In this document: positions 1-8,685 of the stretch, piece by piece
Position numbering within the stretch: position 1 is the first letter of the stretch
Layout: each line of letters opens with the position of its first letter
Virus record (IMG/VR): IMGVR_UViG_3300047275_000136
Location: 1 to 39,764 of that record
Strand: one strand, 5' to 3'
Source of the DNA: a virus
Lineage: Duplodnaviria; Caudoviricetes
DNA: 39,764 bases
Position numbers and translations under genes: made by a program
The notes under the pieces: generated by a model
The model's input: only the letters and a program-made list of their open reading frames with translations
Database searches by the model: none
What the model was told of the DNA's origin: nothing

Positions 1-343
1 AGAAAGAGGACAGGAATTATTTGAACTTGATGCAGAGAGGTTCCTACTTCAAGTCTATAAAGCCTGTCCAGTGTTGACGAAACACGACAATAAAGCTGCT
101 GCAATCCTTAGTTGGACTTATAATTTAGGTGCAGCTAGATTGAGAGCATCCACGATGCGAACAAGGATAAACCAAGAGCGATGGGTGGAAGCTGTTCAAG
201 AACTAAAGCGTTGGAATCTTGCAGCAGGTAAAGTAACCAGAGGCTTGATTCTTCGTCGTGAAGCTGAGGCATCACTCTTCCTTAGCCCAACCAACAACAA
301 AACTGAAGATAGCAATATTAATAAAGACAAAGAACCCTTCGAG
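1..343. repeat. Terminal direct repeat / circular assembly overlap, copy 1
   Basis: 1-343 aligns to 39422-39764 with mismatches at 22/39443 (T/C), 139/39560 (A/G) and 222/39643 (C/T); it lies inside the lysozyme gene. Confidence 0.95.
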
Positions 344-415
344 AAAAGCCTCATCTCCGTCCTCGTCAGTTACGACAAAATCATCAGAATAGCAGATACC
401 CAACATAAACCCTGA
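1..415 (+). CDS. Endolysin (GH24 lysozyme), 3' part continuing across the circular junction
   Basis: Same frame as the ORF starting at 39255. SWTYNLG, RWN and GLILRREAEASLF are typical GH24 C-terminal motifs; stop at 413-415. Confidence 0.9.
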   Translation, partial: ERGQELFELDAERFLLQVYKACPVLTKHDNKAAAILSWTYNLGAARLRASTMRTRINQERWVEAVQELKRWNLAAGKVTRGLILRREAEASLFLSPTNNKTEDSNINKDKEPFEKSLISVLVSYDKIIRIADTQHKP

Positions 416-445
416 CAGAAACGACCAACCCCATATATTCGGCAT
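272..445 (-). CDS. Small putative membrane protein (57 aa, MPNIWGWSFLSGFMLGICYSDDFVVTDEDGDEAFLEGFFVFINIAIFSFVVGWAKEE), antisense to the lysozyme 3' end
   Basis: Read manually. AAGGAAAACT-ATG RBS; two hydrophobic segments around an acidic loop; directly downstream of nrdJ on the same strand. Confidence 0.6.
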   Translation of the reverse strand: MPNIWGWSFLSGFMLGICYSDDFVVTDEDGDEAFLEGFFVFINIAIFSFVVGWAKEE

Positions 446-466
446 AGTTTTCCTTAGTGACCGTTC

Positions 467-492
467 GCCCTCCTTTGATGGAGGGCTTTTTT
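467..492 (+). terminator. Rho-independent terminator of the late (plus-strand) arm
   Basis: GCCCTCC-TTTGAT-GGAGGGC followed by TTTTTT; the U-tract exists only for plus-strand transcripts. Confidence 0.85.
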
Positions 493-494
493 AT

Positions 495-2393
495 CTAGAT
501 CTCACAGACTCCAGCAACACAGGCCAATTGCTGTGCGCCTTCGACGTTATCATCTACTTCCTTAAGATCATCCCAGTTAATGTTGGTAGGCATCTTAGCT
601 AAGAGATCATTGTAATCCTGCTCAGTACATGTCTCATAAGGAGCCTGTCTATATGTACCACCATCCATAGGTAAGAATGATACACCAGTACAGATATCAA
701 AGTTCTTGTACACCCAAGCCCCTACAGTAGGCCAATCTTCTTCGTTCACTGAGATAGTCACTGAAGGCTTATGTTCGCACCAATTAAGCTGATAGATCTT
801 CCATAGGTTTAAGTGTTCAATAGAAGATACATCATCCCTAGTTACTGCTGATTCTGGAGCCTTCATAGGAAATGAGAACACTGTTGTACTATCTGGTCTC
901 ATCACACAAGGCTCATTAGGGATACCCTGGCTGATCATAAACGCTGTAAGAGGATCTTTTTTATCCGATCTAACACGTCTAATGTAATACGCAGCATGTT
1001 GTGGGTGAATTCCACTAGCAGTGCCACACAACTGAGACACAGTACCAGAAGGCTTAACGCAAGTGATCGCAGCAGAGACGGGAATGCCCAGAGCACTCGC
1101 TGTAACTTCATTCGCAGTGACTGCTTCATGCTTAAGATCCTGTAGTCTTAATGGTAATTGATTATCATTAGGATCATTCAACAACGGATTGTCATAGATC
1201 CCTGTCAATGATACACCTAATAAACGCTCTTCAGCGGTGTTCTTTTCCCAGATCTTACGCAGATAAGGGAAGTCAGTCATTGTGCTCTGCCAAGTGCCTA
1301 GAATCGATGCTACACGTACTTTGTAGCGTAGATCTTCAATGGTATCTGTAGCTCTGACAATGACCTCAGTGAGGTTACAGAATTGGTATGGACGTAGGAT
1401 GATCTCGCTGCAGGGATTCGTACCAAAGTCATGATTAGGATCTCTACGACCATTGATAGCAGCTTGTTTCTGTGATGCTTCTCTGTTGAAGATACCACGC
1501 TCACCAGAATGACTCTCATAGACTGAGCACCATTCACGCATGAACTGACCCACTGAAGGCTTCGTATCATACACAGCAGAGTTGTTCGCTAAGCTACGTT
1601 GTCCTTGTTGTTCCCACCAAGAGCCAGCTTTAGCGTGTGCCATACGATCATCACTTAGATCGCTTAAAGATATCATCGCAGATCGCCGCACACCACCCAC
1701 AACAACAACTTCCCCGATCTTGCACAGAATATCATGGCATTCAATGGACGACAGACGACGATTTTTGGCCGACTGGAACTTCCTAATAACAAACTTGAAT
1801 AGTTCAACGAGGGGTTCTGGGCCAGAAGCTCTGCCTCCAAAGGTCTTAAGTCTTGCCCCAGCAGGTCTAACTTTGGAGACATCCCACTTTGCAATCTCTC
1901 CAGCATAGAGTAAAGCAATGAGTTGTCGTAGTGCTTTAGCCCAGCCCTCTTTGCTGTCGGATACCACGATAGTAGTTTTACTATCGAATAACTGATCAGG
2001 GACTTCAGGTAATTGATTGACATACTTAGACTCTACAGAGAAACCGACACCAGTGCCACACAGAAGGATGTACATTGCCTCATCGAATGACTTAGGATCA
2101 TCGATGGGTAGGTACGAACAATTATATCCTGCAATGTTCTGACGCTCTAGAGCTTCACCAGCAGTCATCATACAACGCATCGAAGGCATCACATCCAGGT
2201 TCAGAATAGCCTTGTGTACAGTCTTATAGATATGCTGAGGAATCTCATACTTATGTTTCTTCAGTAACTGCTTTTGCATAAAAGCCATGTAGCGATCTAC
2301 AGTCTCGCCCCAGTTCTCTCTACGTCCTTGTTCGTCAAGAAACCTACTGTAGCGGCTCTTGTGGATAAATGCTTGGTAGTTATTCAACTTCAT
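495..2393 (-). CDS. nrdJ: Class II (adenosylcobalamin-dependent, RTPR-like) ribonucleotide reductase
   Basis: YNCS, GGVRRSA, TNPCSEI active-site loop, CNLTE, KPSGT, C-terminal CVAGVCEI redox pair; no class I beta subunit in the genome. Confidence 0.92.
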   Translation of the reverse strand: MKLNNYQAFIHKSRYSRFLDEQGRRENWGETVDRYMAFMQKQLLKKHKYEIPQHIYKTVHKAILNLDVMPSMRCMMTAGEALERQNIAGYNCSYLPIDDPKSFDEAMYILLCGTGVGFSVESKYVNQLPEVPDQLFDSKTTIVVSDSKEGWAKALRQLIALLYAGEIAKWDVSKVRPAGARLKTFGGRASGPEPLVELFKFVIRKFQSAKNRRLSSIECHDILCKIGEVVVVGGVRRSAMISLSDLSDDRMAHAKAGSWWEQQGQRSLANNSAVYDTKPSVGQFMREWCSVYESHSGERGIFNREASQKQAAINGRRDPNHDFGTNPCSEIILRPYQFCNLTEVIVRATDTIEDLRYKVRVASILGTWQSTMTDFPYLRKIWEKNTAEERLLGVSLTGIYDNPLLNDPNDNQLPLRLQDLKHEAVTANEVTASALGIPVSAAITCVKPSGTVSQLCGTASGIHPQHAAYYIRRVRSDKKDPLTAFMISQGIPNEPCVMRPDSTTVFSFPMKAPESAVTRDDVSSIEHLNLWKIYQLNWCEHKPSVTISVNEEDWPTVGAWVYKNFDICTGVSFLPMDGGTYRQAPYETCTEQDYNDLLAKMPTNINWDDLKEVDDNVEGAQQLACVAGVCEI

Positions 2394-2566
2394 TGATCTT
2401 CCTCTTCGGTATCATCTAGTTCGTCAACTAAAACATCAAACATGGCTTCGATTCTGTCCTCAAACCTATCAACCAAGTCTTCTGCTGTTATGTTAAGTAT
2501 CTCAAGTAGAGATATCTCATCTAGTCTTTTTAGTTTATCAAACAAGTCCAGAATCGTCAAAGCCAT
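2390..2566 (-). CDS. Small acidic hypothetical protein (58 aa, MALTILDLFDKLKRLDEISLLEILNITAEDLVDRFEDRIE...)
   Basis: Read manually. AAGGAG RBS; ATGA overlap with the nrdJ start. Confidence 0.8.
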   Translation of the reverse strand: MALTILDLFDKLKRLDEISLLEILNITAEDLVDRFEDRIEAMFDVLVDELDDTEEEDQ

Positions 2567-2568
2567 AA

Positions 2569-2811
2569 TTACTCCTTGTAGTACTTTTTCTTTACTAAGT
2601 CATAGTTCTCAATCAAATACTCCAGATAGTGTACTGCTTTCTGTAGATCTTCTTTACCATTCTTACGATGGAATCGTTGAATGTACTTAACAACATTAGC
2701 TGACCAAGGGTCTAAACTCCATGCACTAATGACATCCCAAGGCTGTAGTGTTGTCTGCTTATAGTGATCACCTCCAACCTGTTTAGCTTGGTTTGAGTAT
2801 TTCGGTAGCAA
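2569..2811 (-). CDS. DUF3310 / T7 gp1.7-like protein (putative nucleotide kinase family)
   Basis: QVGGDHY...NVVKYIQR...KNGKEDLQKAVHYLE signature; probable TTG start at 2811 after GAGGAG. Confidence 0.75.
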   Translation of the reverse strand: MLPKYSNQAKQVGGDHYKQTTLQPWDVISAWSLDPWSANVVKYIQRFHRKNGKEDLQKAVHYLEYLIENYDLVKKKYYKE

Positions 2812-3517
2812 GTTTTTCTCCTCTACGTTGTTGTTGCCAGCCACCACAGTCTTGACACTGGTATCGCTGGTACTTTCCCGTGGCAGTAGTGCTGTACCCC
2901 CTCCGCTGTAGACTGTAGCTCCCGCACCGTGTGCAGCCTGTGTAGTCGTTACCAATACTGACGTTTGGGTGGGTTCGAATCCAGGGAAGAAATCGTTCAT
3001 AGACCTTCTCCAGTAGGATAACATCCTGTTTGTTGTACTGCTCCATCACTGTCCAGGCTTCTTTGTCTCTGTTCATACACTTAATCCAGAGTTCAAAGCC
3101 TTCATGCTTAGTCTTCTGTCCTAGTCCTAATGCTCTAGCAACATAGTCTAGCTTATTACTAGGGAATCTAAACTCTTTTCTAGAAGTCTTTAGTAAGTCA
3201 ATCTGATGATACGGTGATGGTGGTGGCATTTCTGCTTCTAAGAACTCCTTGTTGAGTGTCGGTATATCAAACCTAGTACCGTTGTAATGTATCACTGCAT
3301 CACACTCATCAAGTAAACTATGGATCTTCTTTAGCATCGTCTTCTTACCATTTAAGATGCTACTGAACATCACATGATCACCACCATACCACTTAGCTGC
3401 CCAACACAGAACACTACTGCTGTCTACGATCTGACTGATGCTGATGTTTTGCTTAAACAAACCCCAGACATAAGCAGTGTTAGGTGCTGATTCAATATCA
3501 AGTAGAAGGATTCTCAT
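2783..3517 (-). CDS. RNase H-like / DEDD 3'-5' exonuclease with C-terminal Zn ribbon
   Basis: LLDIE, HYNGTRFD, IDL, LDYV, YNKQDV motifs; CTRC...CQDC; start trimmed to MRILLLDIE. Confidence 0.8.
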   Translation of the reverse strand: MRILLLDIESAPNTAYVWGLFKQNISISQIVDSSSVLCWAAKWYGGDHVMFSSILNGKKTMLKKIHSLLDECDAVIHYNGTRFDIPTLNKEFLEAEMPPPSPYHQIDLLKTSRKEFRFPSNKLDYVARALGLGQKTKHEGFELWIKCMNRDKEAWTVMEQYNKQDVILLEKVYERFLPWIRTHPNVSIGNDYTGCTRCGSYSLQRRGYSTTATGKYQRYQCQDCGGWQQQRRGEKLATEILKPS

Positions 3518-3818
3518 CAGCGTCTGAGTCTGTTTCGTAGTTTGTAAGATCATCGTGTCCGAAGATGTTAACGATCTTGTCAAACTGCTTAACGAATACT
3601 TTCTCTTTGACATCGTAACCGTAGTAAGCACCGATAGCTTCACAAGCTGTCTCTAACAACTTAGGCCAAGCAATACCACTATCAAAGGTAACATTGATAT
3701 CAACCATGTGGTCTAATGGGAAACCATGATCAGCATGGTACTGCTGTACTTCTTCGTTATCTACTGCCATTAGCGACACATGAAAACTAATTTTACTATC
3801 ACTCATCATCTTCTCCAT
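3498..3818 (-). CDS. Hypothetical protein (acidic)
   Basis: ORF fills the gap between thyX and the exonuclease, overlapping both by a short stretch. Confidence 0.7.
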   Translation of the reverse strand: MEKMMSDSKISFHVSLMAVDNEEVQQYHADHGFPLDHMVDINVTFDSGIAWPKLLETACEAIGAYYGYDVKEKVFVKQFDKIVNIFGHDDLTNYETDSDADENPST

Positions 3819-4506
3819 TGTTCATTAAAGCATCCCAAGAGGCAGGGAAGATCTGAGCAGAGATATTGTGTATCTGCTCAGCTACAATCCTTGTCTCAGC
3901 CTGTGCATACTTAGCTAGTCTTAGTTGACACACCCTAGCAAAAGCGTAAAGACTTCCGCTCCAATACCATTCAGTCATCATGGATTGGGGAAGTATCATC
4001 CTAGCCTGCTCAGGACAAACACCTTCCTGAAGCATAAGCTCGTACAATGTTACCATGTAACCAGTGTACTTGTCAACTGTTTCGTTCCAGTCTGTCCTCG
4101 ATGATACAGGCTCTGATGAACTACCTTGCTTGACATTGTCAGCTTTACGTCTGAAGTAAGTAGGTTGATAGAATGATGGTTTACTGTCTACGTAACGTCT
4201 GCTTACTTCATTCCAGGTTAAGCCAACAGTGTGCTTCATCAACTGACGAGCAACAAAGATAGGTGCTTTGACCCTAAGCTGTAGGAAACAATGACTGAAA
4301 GGACTCCAGTGGTTATGCTTTGCTAAGTACTTAATCAGCTTTGAATCTCTGTCGTTGAGTACTGGTAATGGGAAGTAGTTATTACCCATATCAACATCAT
4401 ACCAATCAGCACCATCAGACTCTTTGTCAAAGGATACACGGGCTGCATTGACTACTGTTAAGTCATCGCCCATGTGGTTTAGGTAATCAACCTTTATGTT
4501 TGCCAT
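3799..4506 (-). CDS. thyX: FAD-dependent thymidylate synthase
   Basis: NAARVSF, HWSPF, APIFVARQLMKH...WNEVSRRY, PEQARMILP, RL...AQAE motifs. Confidence 0.92.
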   Translation of the reverse strand: MANIKVDYLNHMGDDLTVVNAARVSFDKESDGADWYDVDMGNNYFPLPVLNDRDSKLIKYLAKHNHWSPFSHCFLQLRVKAPIFVARQLMKHTVGLTWNEVSRRYVDSKPSFYQPTYFRRKADNVKQGSSSEPVSSRTDWNETVDKYTGYMVTLYELMLQEGVCPEQARMILPQSMMTEWYWSGSLYAFARVCQLRLAKYAQAETRIVAEQIHNISAQIFPASWDALMNNGEDDE

Positions 4507-4918
4507 AGACTTTTCTCAGTGTGGTTGCTAGTTTACTTTGCTCTACAGTCTTCTGTCGTTGCTGGATCTCATACAACTTAGCCTTTGACGCTAGCTCTAT
4601 GAAGTGATCAAGATCAACAACAGCTAAAGGTGTAGATCTATTCTGCTTCAGAACCAGTAAAGGCTCTGTTTCTTTTCCTTCACAGTGCCGTATTGCTTGT
4701 TCGTAGTCGTTGAAGATAGCGATTCTTGCTCTGTTCTTGCATTCGATGCCGTAACGGAATCTCTCCAAAGCATTCGACGAGAGCCAGACATCCTCGCCCT
4801 GTGTACCCATTGGTGTGCTTTTGCAATCATGTTCGCTCAGATTAAAAGTATCTCTTAGTTTCTCAACTACTAGCTTTTGCAGTAGTCTTCCTTTGTTTTT
4901 TGCGCTTGAAGGCTTCAA
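4487..4918 (-). CDS. PD-(D/E)XK nuclease, putative Holliday junction resolvase
   Basis: KNKGR...Q, GED, IECKN, PLLVLKQNR pattern of phage Hjc-like resolvases. Confidence 0.7.
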   Translation of the reverse strand: MKPSSAKNKGRLLQKLVVEKLRDTFNLSEHDCKSTPMGTQGEDVWLSSNALERFRYGIECKNRARIAIFNDYEQAIRHCEGKETEPLLVLKQNRSTPLAVVDLDHFIELASKAKLYEIQQRQKTVEQSKLATTLRKVYGKHKG

Positions 4919-5144
4919 TATCGATCTCCGTCCATTGACTAATCCATGCTTTAGGAATGATCATCAATCCATTACACTCATCATCATGTATGGTGGCTGC
5001 GATGTGTACACAATCATTGTTCTCAAACGTCATGAACCCTATTGCTTTACACTTTGCAGTATCACCAACACCCTTCTTAGACCATCCTGAGCTGGCTACT
5101 GCATCAACCCATTCTAAGTAAACTATTGTGTCGGTGGTTGCCAT
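4863..5144 (-). CDS. Conserved phage hypothetical protein
   Basis: VYLEWVDA...GW...IGF...IPKAWI pattern; in the operon. Confidence 0.7.
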   Translation of the reverse strand: MATTDTIVYLEWVDAVASSGWSKKGVGDTAKCKAIGFMTFENNDCVHIAATIHDDECNGLMIIPKAWISQWTEIDIEAFKRKKQRKTTAKASS

Positions 5145-5812
5145 AGCTCATCTTCCTGTCGTCTAATCCATAACAATTGACCATTCTCTATTACACGTTC
5201 TTGATTGTTATCGTAAGCCTTCAGCACAGCTTCATACATCTTTAGCTCTGTCTCAGCTTCAGCAAGGATCTTATCTGCTTTCTTAGGACCGATACCACGT
5301 AAGCCTTCGATGTTATCTACCTTGTCTCCAGTAAGGATTTGTCGGTAGAAGTTTTTAATAGCTTCTTTGTCGTCGATGTAATAACTCTCTTTCTTGACTG
5401 GGTTGTAGTGATAACCAGGAATCATGTCTAAGTCTTTGTCAATGGTAACGATTACCGATTTGTCTCGTAAGCTCGTGGCATGGATTCCAATAGCATCATC
5501 AGCCTCTTGTCCGTCGACCACTCTGAAGTCCCAAGCAGTATGCAGGTACTCACGAAGGCGAGGAAGATGAATTGGCCTAGCTGCATCTTTTCTGTTTCCT
5601 TTGTAGGGTTGTGTCTTAGCAATGTCATACCTAAAGTTCTTAGATCCTGTTAGGTAGCCGACACAATCATCAGAAGAGAGGTCTATAAAGACCAGCTCTT
5701 CCAACAACTCTGCCATGGTTTTGATGGCTACAGCCTCAGTCTCTTCATTGCAGGCAAAGCCTACTCTGTAGCAGAGGATGTCACCATCAATGATTGGCAG
5801 TTTAGAGGACAT
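5123..5812 (-). CDS. 5'-3' exonuclease / flap endonuclease (T7 gp6-like)
   Basis: IDGD, NFR, YKGNR, EADD, DKDL, GDKVDNIEG-GIGPK helix-3-turn-helix motif. Confidence 0.92.
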   Translation of the reverse strand: MSSKLPIIDGDILCYRVGFACNEETEAVAIKTMAELLEELVFIDLSSDDCVGYLTGSKNFRYDIAKTQPYKGNRKDAARPIHLPRLREYLHTAWDFRVVDGQEADDAIGIHATSLRDKSVIVTIDKDLDMIPGYHYNPVKKESYYIDDKEAIKNFYRQILTGDKVDNIEGLRGIGPKKADKILAEAETELKMYEAVLKAYDNNQERVIENGQLLWIRRQEDELWQPPTQ

Positions 5813-6203
5813 CTTCCTCTTCCTCCTCCATCTTTGGAGCAGAGTTATAGGTAACGAGATCAGTGATCACAAGCTTCTTTAGCGAGGGCGATACACCTTT
5901 CTTGTTCTTAAAGGTCCAAGAGTAAGCACCTAAGACACACACAGCCTTGGTTCCATTACCAACATGTGCTAAGACTTCATCACCATTCTTATCCAATGGT
6001 TTGATGGTATGGTTACTCTTAGCAGTGATGAAGAAACCTTTACCTTCTTTATTACGAACAGTGATACCCATATCCTCTAAAGCCCTTACAGCCTTCTCTG
6101 ACAGGTTTGTTAGATCTACTTGATACTTACCAGACATGTCATTAGGCTTGTCCAGGAAAGGCCACATAAGGGTTGCTTCGATACGTACAGGTTTGATATC
6201 CAT
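5802..6203 (-). CDS. Single-stranded DNA-binding protein (gp2.5-like)
   Basis: Position in the replisome cluster, GKYQVDL and VGNGT motifs, acidic C-tail EEEEEDVL. Confidence 0.7.
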   Translation of the reverse strand: MDIKPVRIEATLMWPFLDKPNDMSGKYQVDLTNLSEKAVRALEDMGITVRNKEGKGFFITAKSNHTIKPLDKNGDEVLAHVGNGTKAVCVLGAYSWTFKNKKGVSPSLKKLVITDLVTYNSAPKMEEEEEDVL

Positions 6204-6211
6204 ATTCTTCC

Positions 6212-6427
6212 TTAGTTTAACTTTGCTTTATCAATTGCCATCATTGCCATGATGTCTGCTTTTACACTATCCTCTGCTGACTGAGCAACAGAGTACAACA
6301 ACGTAACCATCACACCATTTGAGACAAGCTTATCAGTACTTATATCCATCAGTATATCACCATCATCACTCCTTGTAAAGCGAACGGTAACAGTTAATTC
6401 ATCGATCTTTAATGGATCGGTAATCAT
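6212..6427 (-). CDS. Hypothetical protein
   Basis: ORF abutting the polymerase stop (TGATG coupling). Confidence 0.7.
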   Translation of the reverse strand: MITDPLKIDELTVTVRFTRSDDGDILMDISTDKLVSNGVMVTLLYSVAQSAEDSVKADIMAMMAIDKAKLN

Positions 6428-8067
6428 CAGTGAGTTTCCTTCCAGTTATTACCTACTTTGTATTCCCCTGTCAGAGGACAACGTAACCCTAAGGTTACTC
6501 CAGCTTGCTCTATAGCGTCTACTGCAAGCTCACCAACCTTGTCGGCTAACTCAGAAGGACACTCTATCTGCCATTCATCATGGACGTTAGCAACAAACTT
6601 AGCAGGAATCTTTAACCTCTTCAGTGAATCATGAAGATGGATAAGACCTTGTTTCATACAGATCGCCCCAGCTCCTTGAAGAAGCGTATTAAGTGCTGCG
6701 TGTTCCGACCGTATCCATAGTCTACGACCATCCAATCCTGGCACAAACCCTTTCTCTGCATACTTTGCAACTTTCTCTTTAAGCATTTTGAGAGCTGGCG
6801 TATTCTTAAGGAACGAGGCGATAAGCCTCTTGCCAGCATCTGCGTTGCCTCCGACAATTGATCCGATCTTAGCTGGGCCAGCCCCGTATAGAAACGCGTA
6901 GATAAACGTCTTTGCTTGCGGTCTGGTTTGTAGACCAGCAGCGAGTTGGTTTTTGCTGTGGACATCCCCATTGATCACCTCCTTTGTATAGTCTTCATCT
7001 TTCATGTAGTGAGCTAACATCCTCAGCTCTAATCCTGAAGCGTCACATCCTACTAAGACATTACCAGCATCTACAGTCCACACTTGTCTGGATACATCAC
7101 CATACTCTGCTGTCACTGCAGGAACCTGAGCCATGTTAGGGCTATGGTGTGTCATACGACCTGTGACAGCACCATTAGTGATGACCTTACCATGAACCCT
7201 ACCATCGTCAGCAACGTGCTCTAGCCACGATGAAGCCTGTGCAATACGCTTTTGTATCAGCAGATACTCAGCCATTGCCTTAGCCTCTGGATAGGGTAGC
7301 TTAGACAGGATAACCTCATCAACCATAGGCTTTCCAGTCTCAGTAAACTTCTCAGGCTTCCAACCTAGCGATGTCAGTCTACGTCCTATCTGATCTCTAG
7401 AGCCAGGGTTAAATACTTCGACATGATCCTTTAGTTTCTTTCCTGTCTTTTCGCTAATCCTTTCTGTAATGATGGGTGGAAATATTGATTGTAGGTTCTC
7501 CTCTATGTTAGATAACTTAGACTGTAGCTCGGACACAAAAGCAGTACATAAAGGTATGTCTAACTTAAAACCATTACGCTCCTGCTGTGCAACAATGAAC
7601 TGTACCTTGTGCTCCAGTGCAATGCTTTGCGGTGAAAAGTACTTCATATCTTCGCATAGTTTGCGGTGAAGATCACCAGTGAGGTGTACATCCTGGATAC
7701 AGTAGTCAATCATTTGCTGTGTCAGTGCTGTAAAGTCTTGGAAGTCAATCTTGTGATTCCCTAGTCTTTTTCCCCACGCCTCTAGACTGTGTCCTCCTTC
7801 GATACTGGGATTCCATAGCCTCGACAGCACGAGCGTATCGCAAGCCTTCTTGAGTGGTATCGTAATGTTCCACAATCTCCGTAGGTGGTAACCGTCGAAG
7901 CTGATTAGATTGTGTCCGATCACTGTGTCGTAGTCCTCTATAAGAGGCTTTAGTGTACTTGCTTGAGTATGACATACAACCTCACCCGTTGTCAGATCCT
8001 TTGTTACTACGCAAAAGATAACACTCTGCTTCATGTCTGTTTCGATGTCCAGAACTAAGCTCTTCAT
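6427..8067 (-). CDS. polA: DNA polymerase family A (T7 gp5-like) with 3'-5' exonuclease
   Basis: DIET, GHN-FD, YCIQDV (exonuclease); TGR, DASGLELR (motif A), KTFIYAFLYG (motif B), VHDE (motif C). Confidence 0.96.
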   Translation of the reverse strand: MKSLVLDIETDMKQSVIFCVVTKDLTTGEVVCHTQASTLKPLIEDYDTVIGHNLISFDGYHLRRLWNITIPLKKACDTLVLSRLWNPSIEGGHSLEAWGKRLGNHKIDFQDFTALTQQMIDYCIQDVHLTGDLHRKLCEDMKYFSPQSIALEHKVQFIVAQQERNGFKLDIPLCTAFVSELQSKLSNIEENLQSIFPPIITERISEKTGKKLKDHVEVFNPGSRDQIGRRLTSLGWKPEKFTETGKPMVDEVILSKLPYPEAKAMAEYLLIQKRIAQASSWLEHVADDGRVHGKVITNGAVTGRMTHHSPNMAQVPAVTAEYGDVSRQVWTVDAGNVLVGCDASGLELRMLAHYMKDEDYTKEVINGDVHSKNQLAAGLQTRPQAKTFIYAFLYGAGPAKIGSIVGGNADAGKRLIASFLKNTPALKMLKEKVAKYAEKGFVPGLDGRRLWIRSEHAALNTLLQGAGAICMKQGLIHLHDSLKRLKIPAKFVANVHDEWQIECPSELADKVGELAVDAIEQAGVTLGLRCPLTGEYKVGNNWKETH

Positions 8068-8161
8068 ATTTGTGTACCAGCTTCTGATAGTCTTCTAGCA
8101 GTGTATCATATTTCTTCTTTAGCTCTGCATGGTCAGCTAACAGCCTATCCATTACCCACAT
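7982..8161 (-). CDS. Small coiled-coil hypothetical protein (59 aa, MWVMDRLLADHAELKKKYDTLLEDYQKL...)
   Basis: Read manually. TAATG coupling to the upstream ORF; the 3' end overlaps the polymerase start. Confidence 0.55.
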   Translation of the reverse strand: MWVMDRLLADHAELKKKYDTLLEDYQKLVHKYEELSSGHRNRHEAECYLLRSNKGSDNG

Positions 8162-8397
8162 TAACCTTCTCCCCTGATGATATCTGCTGCATCAGCATAG
8201 CCTCTTCTCTCCAAGGCTTCAATACAGCGATCTAGTCTTTCTTCACTGGCTTGGAAGGCTACCATCTCAGCGAACTTCTCAAAGTCAAAGCGTTCACAGT
8301 CCATACGGTTGTTCCAGTATTGGCTCATCATATCTCTAAGTGTTTGTTTCACTGCCGCTGTCCTTCCAATCAAAGTTCTGTGCTTTGTGATAAGCAA
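8161..8397 (-). CDS. Hypothetical protein (start uncertain)
   Basis: ORF track; in the operon. Confidence 0.6.
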   Translation of the reverse strand: MLITKHRTLIGRTAAVKQTLRDMMSQYWNNRMDCERFDFEKFAEMVAFQASEERLDRCIEALERRGYADAADIIRGEG

Positions 8398-8515
8398 GTT
8401 TTATTGCTTCTTTGATACCCCATTGAATCAACATCCTAACCTCTTCATCAGTAAGATCAAAGTGTAGTGTAGCTGTACCATCATCATGCTCTTCAATGTT
8501 TGTAACTTCAGCCAT
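8336..8515 (-). CDS. Hypothetical protein (59 aa, MAEVTNIEEHDDGTATLHFDLTDEE...)
   Basis: Read manually. AGGAG RBS, TAATG coupling. Confidence 0.7.
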   Translation of the reverse strand: MAEVTNIEEHDDGTATLHFDLTDEEVRMLIQWGIKEAIKLAYHKAQNFDWKDSGSETNT

Positions 8516-8685
8516 TATGGTCTCCTATCAGCATCTTGACTAGCTTCTAAGTAGTCTGATGCTCTTCTGATCTCTTTGATGATCTCTTCGAACGAACAAA
8601 CTACCTCACCCATTGTAGACCCTGTGCGTATCTGCTGTAAAGCAAATCGTTTCGTATCCTCTTTCAAATCTTCATAAGTCTTCAT
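8515..8685 (-). CDS. Hypothetical protein (56 aa, MKTYEDLKEDTKRFALQQ...)
   Basis: 3' part of track ORF 8515..8862; the ATG at 8685 follows GAGGT and overlaps the helicase end. Confidence 0.65.
   Translation of the reverse strand: MKTYEDLKEDTKRFALQQIRTGSTMGEVVCSFEEIIKEIRRASDYLEASQDADRRP

Noticed and set aside
935-2023. Nested ORFs in nrdJ, and similar ones in polA, the helicase, portal and capsid
   Set aside because: Fully inside well-supported genes, with no RBS or motifs.
4190-4260. ThyX motif KH instead of RHR as a sign of inactivation
   Set aside because: The rest of the motif including SRRY is intact, and this variant is familiar in phage ThyX proteins.
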